Part shown: positions 55,454-64,000 of the stretch, piece after piece
Layout of the letters: every line of letters begins with the position of its first letter
Numbering within the stretch: the first letter of the stretch is position 1
Assembly (NCBI GenBank): GCA_001179505.1
Contig: CDMY01000243.1
Span: 62,001-126,000 of the forward strand
DNA length: 64,000 nucleotides
Origin: Vitrella brassicaformis CCMP3155
Lineage: Eukaryota; Protista; Chromerida
Reading direction: 5' to 3'
Notes under the pieces: generated by a model
What the model saw: the letters and a program-made list of their open reading frames with translations, nothing else
The model's database searches: none
Told to the model about the DNA's origin: nothing
Made by a program: the position numbers and the translations under genes

Positions 55454-55574
55454 CTCGGGGGAGGCCTGAACGGTGCGCGGCTCCCAACAGAGCCTAAGGA
55501 AACTCTACCCCGGATGGATCAGCCGCTCGAGATGGAATTCGCCCTGGGGGCCGCCCCCCCTCTCAGTAGGGAAG

Positions 55575-57917
55575 ATGGCGTCCCAGAAGCGCATTTTGTT
55601 TGAGAGGGAGTCGACATTGTGGCAAGATCTGGACGACTCCTTGACGCAAGTGCCGCTCGTGAGCGAGAAGTCCTTTCATCCGCTCCAGCCACGGCTGGCA
55701 ACTCTCAAGGAGGATGCATCCCTGCCTGACGACGAAGCGCATCACGTCCATGCGCAGCCCCAGCCAGAGCCAGGCCCTGCTGTCTCTCTGTCAGCCACAG
55801 CCGCAGCCATCGAGCCCTCATACGCACCGCAGCACGATGACAGGACCGCCGCAGCTGGAGAGGGAGAATACGAGGAGGATGCTAGTGCCAGTGCGTCCTC
55901 CCTCGTGATCGTTGAGCGCCTCTCGTCTCGCCTGCGTGGCCTCGTGCCAGCCGATTCTGAACCGTCTGTCATCGCCCCCCGTGATCATGATGATTCAGTA
56001 GTGGAGGGGGGTGAAGACGAGAGACCGTCCAGGAGAGAGAGAGTGTTGGCGTTATTCGGCGTGAGTGTTGGTGAGGGGTCGATTGCTGAGCTGCCCCTGC
56101 TGCAGGAGACGGTGAACAAGCAGGCCCAGGCCGTGCAGCAGGAGGGAGAGGGGAGGGGGCTGCTGTGTCGGTGTGGGAGCATGACCACTGAGTCGACGGC
56201 TGCCAGCACTGCCCCGGCCACATCCGCCCTGGCGCTGATCGATGAGGTGACGAGTCAAGTGAGACAGGCACGGCAAGACGCCATCGAGTGAGTCAGTGGA
56301 TGGGCTTGTCAGCCGCGCACCCCAGTCTAATTAACACCCATCCACTGCCTGCCCTGCATGTCTTAATGTCTCTCTCTCTGTCACGGATGCAGGGAGAGTC
56401 TGGCCAACGAAGACTTCCTGCGGCACATCCTCGAGCGACTCGAGAAGTTCCGTCCAGCAGCACACGACCAGCTGGACACGAGCCTCCCCGCCCCATTGGA
56501 CGCCACACCCACCCCGCCACTCACGCACGCCGCGAAAACGCCGCTTGACGAGAGGGAGAAGAGCTTTCACAGTCGCATGTCGCGACTCCTCGACAACACC
56601 GAGGTCGAGGACGCCCTCGAGGCCCTTGACGCCGAGGGGTCTCTGGCCGATGAGGAGGCCGGCGGGGGTGAGGGCGGTGAGGGTGCTCGTGATAGAGAGA
56701 CGTTGTCTGCAGGCGATGTGGTAGGCAGGCTGCAGAGGGGCGGCGATGAGGATATGCGTGAGGTGCTGCAGTGGGCCATTGATGTCGACGAGCGGCTCAG
56801 AGAGGCCAGGCTGAAACACCAGGGTGTGTATGTTGGTGCAGACATGGAAGGAGTGAGTGTATGTGTGTGTGTGTGTTGTGTGGCCACCCTCCCAGGTCTT
56901 GTCAATCACCTCAGTGAGATCAGGCGAAACCAGCAAGGTGCGAAGCTACGGGAGCTGCCCTTTTGGTCGGTCGGTGTACCTGGGTTGGTTGGATTGTGCG
57001 TGTCGCCCCTTCTGTCTGTCTGTCTGTCTGTCTAGACCAGGAGGCCATCTTCGAAGCCATGAAGACACACACTGATGGTGGGTGGTGGGTGGGTCAATGG
57101 GCGCCCTGGGCGACTGACTGACCTCAAGTCATGTCTCTGCTCGTGCGTGCGTGCGTGTGTGCGTGCACAGCGCTCGTCGACAGGAAAGACGGCTTGGAAG
57201 AGGAGATACAGGGTGGGGAAGAAACAAGAGGACCTCCTCCGTATGCTGGGACTGCCGCTGCTGCCGTGCCGTGGTCTGTCAGATTTGTTGTCGGCCACGA
57301 TGCTCTCGGAGGCGGAGATCACCAGCCGGTTCGACCAGCTGCTCAAGGACCACGAAGGTCAGTCCGTCGTTCACAGCGCGGGCAGAGATATCTATCGGCA
57401 GGAGAGAGACACACACAGCCGACCGACTGGCGGGGGGTTGGTGTATGTGTGTGTGTTGCAGCTGCTCGCGAGTCGCACAGGGGTCTGAGGAAGGAGCTGC
57501 GCGAAACATGCTCGGCATACAGGCAGCGCGTCAACGGTGAGGGAGGGAGGGAGCCCGGCCCATGTTGGGGGATGTGGTGTCTCATGTCTCTTACTGTCGT
57601 CTCTCGATAAGATTTGAGGAGGACCAACACAACGTTGCGAGATGAGCTCATCGGTGGGTCGGTGGGCTGATGAACGAATGAGTGGGTGGGGTGGGGTTGG
57701 CAGCCATGGGCACAGCTGTCTGTCTACCCATACCATACCTGAGTGAAGTGTGATGGCGCGTGTCTCTTCTCTCTCATGTGCAGGCTTGCTGCGGCGTGAT
57801 GTGAATCTGCAAGATGCCTTCAGGGCCTACAGCAAGCGGGCGGCCGCGCTCATCACGGCCAGAGAGCACCGCCCTGGCGGCACTGTGCCCCTCGTACAAC
57901 AGCTCGCTCTTGATTGA
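55575..57917 (+). CDS. Uncharacterised acidic/coiled-coil protein (multi-exon)
   Basis: Long open exons (MASQKRILFERES.., SFHSRMSRLLDNTEVEDALE.., LQWAIDVDERLREARLKH) and a last exon GLLRRDVNLQDAFRAY..QQLALD*. I recognise no family. Confidence 0.6.
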
Positions 57918-60900
57918 TGACATACATGGGTATTTTATGTGTTGTGAGACGGACAGACGGATGCATAACTTGGGGATGGGTGCATGGGTCCACCTGCACC
58001 TAGGAGTCTTGTCTTGTCCAGTCTTGTGTTTTGTGTCGGGGGACTGCATAGCATACTAGCACACCTACAAAAGGCACGCACGATACAATACGATCAACAC
58101 ATGCAGATGCACCCAGATGGGTCAAAACTGCACTGTCCACGCAGTCACACACACACACATGGATGGATGGATGGATGGACCTCAATTGGCAACACACACA
58201 CACACACACACACAGACACAGACACACACGTGTGGACTAAACGCAGCTCAGCTCGGCCGACGAACGGCCATAGCCATCGGTGCGTGTATCGGCATCACAT
58301 CAAGCCATCGCCTGTTTTGTCATGTGTACATCGGAGAGAAACACACACGAGCTCGAGAGAGAGAAAGGATGCACACAAGACAGACGAGATAATAGTTCTG
58401 CCTACTTTGTCATGTGTTCATTGCAGGCATCTGCAGGTACATCGGAGGGAGAGAAACACGTGAGAGAGCGAGAGGGTGCACCGCACCAGCCCACATTCAT
58501 AATCCTTCCTGAGATGTCTGACCCCTCCCCTCCCAAAGAGCGTGTTCACCAAAGAGCAAAACCACAAAGTAGTGAGACAGAGAGAGTCAGAGAGAGTCAG
58601 AGAAAGAGTCAGAGAGAGAGAGAGAGAGATCCCACCGCCCGTTACGCGCTCACGGAACACGAGCAGCACCGTGCGCAGCTTTCGCCACGTGGGGTACTAC
58701 TTACTGGCAGCCACACACGTACAAAACGGAATCAAAATGGCAAAAGGTGGGTGGATGGGTCAAAACTTCAATGCGTGTGTTGTGTTGTGTTGGCTGCCAA
58801 CCGACCCATCCGTGCAGGTATGCAGCTGACATCACAACACAACACCAGCAGCTAAGCTCCGGCAGCGGCGTTAAAACCAGCCCGGCAGCAACAACAGCCC
58901 GCCCGCCCGCCCGCCGGTCACTTGAAAGTATCTCTCCCCTCTCCCATCCACACACACACGGACTACGTGACAGGCAATCACATCAATCGTGTTATTGTGG
59001 CTGGCTGGCTGGTCGCTTTGCAGGGCCCTCGAGTGCACGAGATGCAGCACACACACACACACACACACGCCCGCACACACACACACACACACACACAGCA
59101 GCAGCATGGGACTTGGCTCGCCTGCCTGCCTGCAAGGGAAAAGAAGCGGGGCGGACCTCCCTCTTGCGTCGTACAAAAGAACAAACGTGCACCACACACA
59201 AAACACATACACACAGAGAGACAGAAGTGAATTGGCAGCCGGCCCAGCCCCCGACAAAAAGCGTCGTGCAGGCAGGCAGGCAGGCAGGCAGGCAAGGAGG
59301 GAGGGAGGGAGGGAGGGAGGAAGGACGAGCCCCCACCCTACCCCCTCAGGCGCACACACGCACACACACGGCAACTAGACCCGCAACGACCAGCACAAGA
59401 CACGCGTCACGTCACGCACATGCACACATCACACAAAAAAGAGAAAGAGCCCCTTCGGATGCAGCCAGCACGTAGGAAAACCATGGACGGACAAGACAAG
59501 GTAAGATGTGTAATAAGAAGGAAGGAGCGATGGCCAGCGACACCACCACACCAACACAAGCTGGCTGGCAGGCAGGGAGAGGGCATGTTTGTTTCTCTTG
59601 AAAAAACCCACCCAGGCTCCACTTGACGTGTAGCGAAGCGAGTCAACAAATACACCCAATACACCCACCCATCCCACCGCGCGTATACAATGCAGAGAGA
59701 GAGAGAGTGTGTGTGTGGATGCATTTCCATCAGGAATGCCACGCAGGCCTGCACGGGGCCACCGGTCCCACACACTCAATCAACACACTCTGTTTAACAG
59801 ACAGCGACCAACATCAACACACCGTTGCACTGCCCGACGGACGGCGACAAAAGAGAATAGACCGACGCCCGCCCGTCTGCACCCCTCTCTCTCCCTGTGC
59901 ACTCTCGGCACCGTGTGTACGTCACTGCACTGCGTCTGTCTGTCTGTCCACTGTGCGTCTCTCTCCGTGTCATATGGCCATCACTGCACGCGATACACCA
60001 GCACACTTCACAGGTAGGTAGGTGCTTTGGTGTAGCCCGCCACTGCTGCTGTGAGACGGAATATATAAGGCATTCGTCCAGTCCACACCAGCAGTCGCGA
60101 GTAATGGCCAAGAAAGATAGACACATACGGATACCCTCCGCCCCTTTGCTTTTGTCTTTCGCCCTTCCGCTCGCCGTGCGTGGTGCAATGGAATGGAATG
60201 CAACTAAAGCCGTGGGGGTGAGGGTGAGTGATGGATGTCACGACACATGCACACACCTACGCGCACACACCTACGCGCACACCCCTCCGCAAAAAGAACA
60301 CCCCGTCACGCCATTCTCCGTCTGCCCGTCCGTCCGGCACCCACCCCACCCCACCATACCATACCCACAAAAAGGATACAAGACATGGATGGACAGGTAG
60401 AGGCACACACACGTGACAAAAGCCATGCAGGCAGGCAGGCAGGCAGGCAAAACAGCAAAACTGCGTGTGTGCATGACGCATCTGTCCAAAATTGGTTGCC
60501 ATGACGTGGAATGGCGTGGCATGGGCGTGGCATGGCGTGACTGGCGAACGGACGAACAAACGAACGAACGAACGACAAACGACCCGTCTGCCAGATCCAT
60601 CAAAACGAGACGGTTGGTTCCATGAGAACGAGACCCACACAACCCTCCCTCTCCCACCCCCTGTCGCATAGATATGGATGTACTGACGCGTGGTTTGGCT
60701 GACGCCATCCATCCACAGGTTGGTTGGTTGGCACATACTGGCCAGCCGACCGGCACCTACCGCACCCCCCAGCCACCACCCCTCTTCCCCTCCCCTCCCT
60801 ACTTGCCTACCTACACACCTGTACAATCAAATGTATTATGAGTATACACACGGCGACCGACCGATAAACAGACAGACAGACAGACAGACACACGTACAAA

Positions 60901-61816
60901 CAACCAAGTAAGTGGGTGGATTAGATACGCACACACATACCATAGCGTAATAGGGTAGGTAGGTACGAAATGGCTCCCCTCTTTCTCTCTGTCACTCTCT
61001 CGGCATGCAATGCAGACAGAGTCCGTTGTGTTGTCGTAGGCAGCGCAGCGCAGCGCAGCGCCCGCCCGAAAAAGCCCCATGCGTCCGCCCGCTGTCCCCC
61101 CACCCAACCATTGTGTGGAGACAGGCAGACAGCTGACGTCCGTGCATGGCGCGTGGGCGCGTGTGTGGGGGATACGTGCTACGTGCATCCCACTACCTCC
61201 CTCTCTCCCTCCCTCTCTCGTGCGGTTGGTGTTATTTACAGTAAAGAAGAGTCGGGCAGGCAGGCAGGCGTATATACCTAAGTGCGGGTCGGTCGACACA
61301 CCCCTCTCTCCCCCTCTCTCCCTCTCTCTCCATCCTACGCATTGCGGTATCATCCATCCACACCCACCGCACACACCTTCGTTCGTTGGGATACTTTACA
61401 CGACGCGGCACGGCGCCCCGCCCACCACTCACCTACGATTCGACCACTATGGAAAGAAGGATAGGATGTGTGGCCCTTCAGGTAGACTCGACACGCGTGT
61501 ACCTGTCTGTCTGTCTGTCCATGTGGGTGTGGTGTGTGTGACCAAGAAAAGACCGACAGCAGGCAGCCATTTGAAATAAATCCCTCACTATCCATCGCCA
61601 CAGCAGATGACCATCACCTCACCGCGACAGCAGCAACGACAACACGCCACACAAGACAAGACACCAACACAACACCGACCAGCGTATAGACAACGACACA
61701 CACCACAAAACACGGCACGGCACGGCACCACACGGCACGACACACAGCTATTCACATACCCACACCCACACCCACACCCACTCCCACAGCGACACACAAG
61801 CATCTCGTGTCGTGTG

Positions 61817-63899
61817 TCAGGCCCTGCCCGTCATCCCCCTCCCCACGCCCAGGTGGGGAGGGGGGAGTGACCTCGCAGGCCCCCGCGCGTCCATGGTGTC
61901 GTTCTGATCCTGCTCGCGGCCCCCGCTGCTGCGCTCACCATCCTCCTCAAAGCCTCTCGGCCGCGAGGCCAGGGCGAAAGGGGCGGTGGACGGCATGTGC
62001 GCCATGTGGAAAGGGGTGTGGGGATGAGTATGATGGCTGTGGGTGTGTGGGTGTGCTGCTGTGGGGCGGCCGAAGTTGACCTCCATGCCGTGATTGGTCA
62101 GGGGCACGTAGGGGATGTCCATAGTGTCCTCGATATCGGCCTGATGCACACACACAGGCACATGCATGCAGGAATCGCTGGATGGATGGTGGGACCGGTG
62201 CGGTGTGGTGTGGTGTGGGGAGGGTGCGGTGCTTGCCTGTATGGTCTCGCAGAAGCCCTTGAGTGGCAGCTGGAAGGACGCCTTGTCGAACGGATCCTCG
62301 ATGAAATGACCAATCTCTGTAAGACACACACACACACACACGGGAGGGCTGGATGGATGGATGGATGGACGGCAGACCTTCGATGGCCTTGAAGCCCCAG
62401 CACATGAAGGTAACGACCGGTATGGTCATCCACTGGAGCGACTGCACCAGCACTACCGGCAGCGTCAGGCAATACAGCGTCAGGAAACGACTCGTGTGCC
62501 GACTGAAGGCAAAGGCACACAAACACACAAACACACAATGGTTGCTTGGAGCTGTCTTATTGTCTGTCAGTGTCCTTCATCCCTCCCTCCCTCCCTCACG
62601 AGTATGAGAGCGGCACGGGGGTCTTCATGATGCGCTCGCACCCCCCCAGTGCCTCGGAGAGGTGCCCGATGATGTTTTCCAGCCATATGAGCTGACGCTG
62701 AAATGAATACCACATAATGCATTGGACACAGACAGGGGTCTGCCTGCCTGCGGGCTTTTCTCCAACTCGTGTGTAGGCGAGCTCAGGCCTTACTTACCTC
62801 AGTGGGCTTCGTGTCTCGCGACACTTCCATCGCCTCATGGCATGTGCCACTCATCAGCTGACACATACACACAGACACACACACACACACGGAGGGCAAT
62901 CCACCCCTCCTCTCTCCCTCTCTCCCTCCCGCCCTTCCTCTCACCTTGCAGATGAGCAGAGGGGGGTTCCTGACTTGCCTGAGCGCCTCAGCGTCGTTAG
63001 GGGTGATCCACCTGCTGACCTCGGCCATGTCGACCTCCCCGCCCTGCAGGTGCTGCTTCATGAGGAAGGGGAACGACCTGATCAGGTTGGCCAGCCGGTA
63101 CTGGAAGGGAATCGGCAGGTAGAATAGCGACGCCGTCGCCAGCTCCCGACACGTGCTGATAACCTTGCCCCACAGCTGCAGAGAGAGACAGACGGGCAGA
63201 CAGGCAGAGACTCTATCCACCCACCATTGGTGCGTGGCGGTGGGGCTGGGTGAGGTGATCACCTTGCGGCCCTCCCAGTATCTGTCGTACGCCGCGTTGG
63301 TCCTGAAACAAACAAACAGACACACACACAGACGGGTGGTGTGTCTGGTGTCTGTGTTGTCTGTGTGGTCTGTTCGAAGGGGGGGGGGGGGGGGGGNNNN
63401 NNNNNNNNNNNNNNNNNNNNNNNNNNNNNNNNNNNNNNNNNNNNNNNNNNNNNNNNNNNNNNNNNNNNNNNNNNNNNNNNNNNNNNNNNNNNNNNNNNNN
63501 NNNNNNNNNNNNNNNNNNNNNNNNNNNNNNNNNNNNNNNNNNNNNNNNNNNNNNNNNNNNNNNNNNNNNNNNNNNNNNNNNNNNNNNNNNNNNNNNNNNN
63601 NNNNNNNNNNNNNNNNNNNNNNNNNNNNNNNNNNNNNNNNNNNNNNNNNNNNNNNNNNNNNNNNNNNNNNNNNNNNNNNNNNNNNNNNNNNNNNNNGGGG
63701 GAATGGCGTGCCTGAATACGAGTAGGAGGCCCATGGCGCCGCTCATGAGTGAGTGTGGGAGGGATGACGAGAGGGCGAAGAGGGAGAGCTTGGGTGCGAC
63801 GGCGAAGAGGGTCGTGATAAACACGCTCCACGCCGTGGTGACCAGGAGGAAACCCCGGATGCGTTTGAGGATGCGCGACAGAGGCACAGTCGTCAGACA
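61817..63899 (-). CDS. Bestrophin-like anion channel of the plant/algal/bacterial (VCCN/BST/YneE) type; 5' exons lie beyond the window
   Basis: LLLVFR|TNAAYDRYWEGRK|LWG; GGCERIMKTPVPLSYSRHTSRFL; FKAIE|EIGHFIEDPF..QLPL..FCETI. Confidence 0.93.
63397..63696. other. Assembly gap (300 N) flanked by poly-G inside a bestrophin intron
   Basis: N run with G homopolymer on both sides. Confidence 0.99.
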
Positions 63900-64000
63900 C
63901 TGATCGAACAGATCACAGACAAACAGACAGACCGACAGACCGACAGACAGATCCATGGACACCACCCACACTCGTCGAGTGTGTGTGCGGTAGGTAGGTC

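Noticed and set aside
59459-59506. Possible plus-strand first exon (MQPARRKTMDGQDK|gtaag)
   Set aside because: I could not build a downstream exon chain, and the repeat asymmetry favours the minus strand in this region.

Overview
Eukaryotic nuclear DNA that is GC-rich, gene-dense and very intron-rich. Introns are short (about 50-200 nt) and full of (GT)n/(CA)n/(GTCT)n/(GGAT)n microsatellites. Gene content (CDPK, CRMP-type 9TM receptor, plant/algal-type bestrophin, SSNA1/DIP13, flagellar MIP) and intron style fit a chromerid alveolate such as Vitrella brassicaformis best; this is inference, no database search was run. I hand-spliced about 19-20 protein-coding genes. In order: bZIP protein (-), Nup88/Nup82-like nucleoporin (+), U2SURP/SR140 (-), NTAQ1 (+), AP-1/AP-2 beta-adaptin (-), SMYD-type SET protein (+), GNW-motif ciliary protein (+), MGCC-acylated orphan (-), bacterial-type secreted EEP phosphoesterase (+), UAP56-binding-motif protein (-), about 2,200-aa Venus-flytrap/Cys-rich/9TM receptor (+), secreted Cys-rich orphan (-), kelch protein (+), Yfh7-like kinase (+), CDPK (-), SSNA1 (+), Neuralized-like protein probably fused to an upstream MG-start orphan (-), coiled-coil orphan (+), and a VCCN/BST-type bestrophin (-, 5' end outside the window). 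There are two 300-N assembly gaps. I found no rRNA, convincing tRNA, CRISPR array or transposon. Most ORFs in the supplied track are shadow or intron-spanning frames. The best leads are: the class-C-GPCR-like architecture built on a CRMP-type membrane domain, introns with AC-rich 5' and GU-rich 3' halves that could fold back, near-strict head-to-head gene alternation, and an intron-containing bacterial-type EEP gene. Exon boundaries were inferred by eye and need RNA-seq confirmation.
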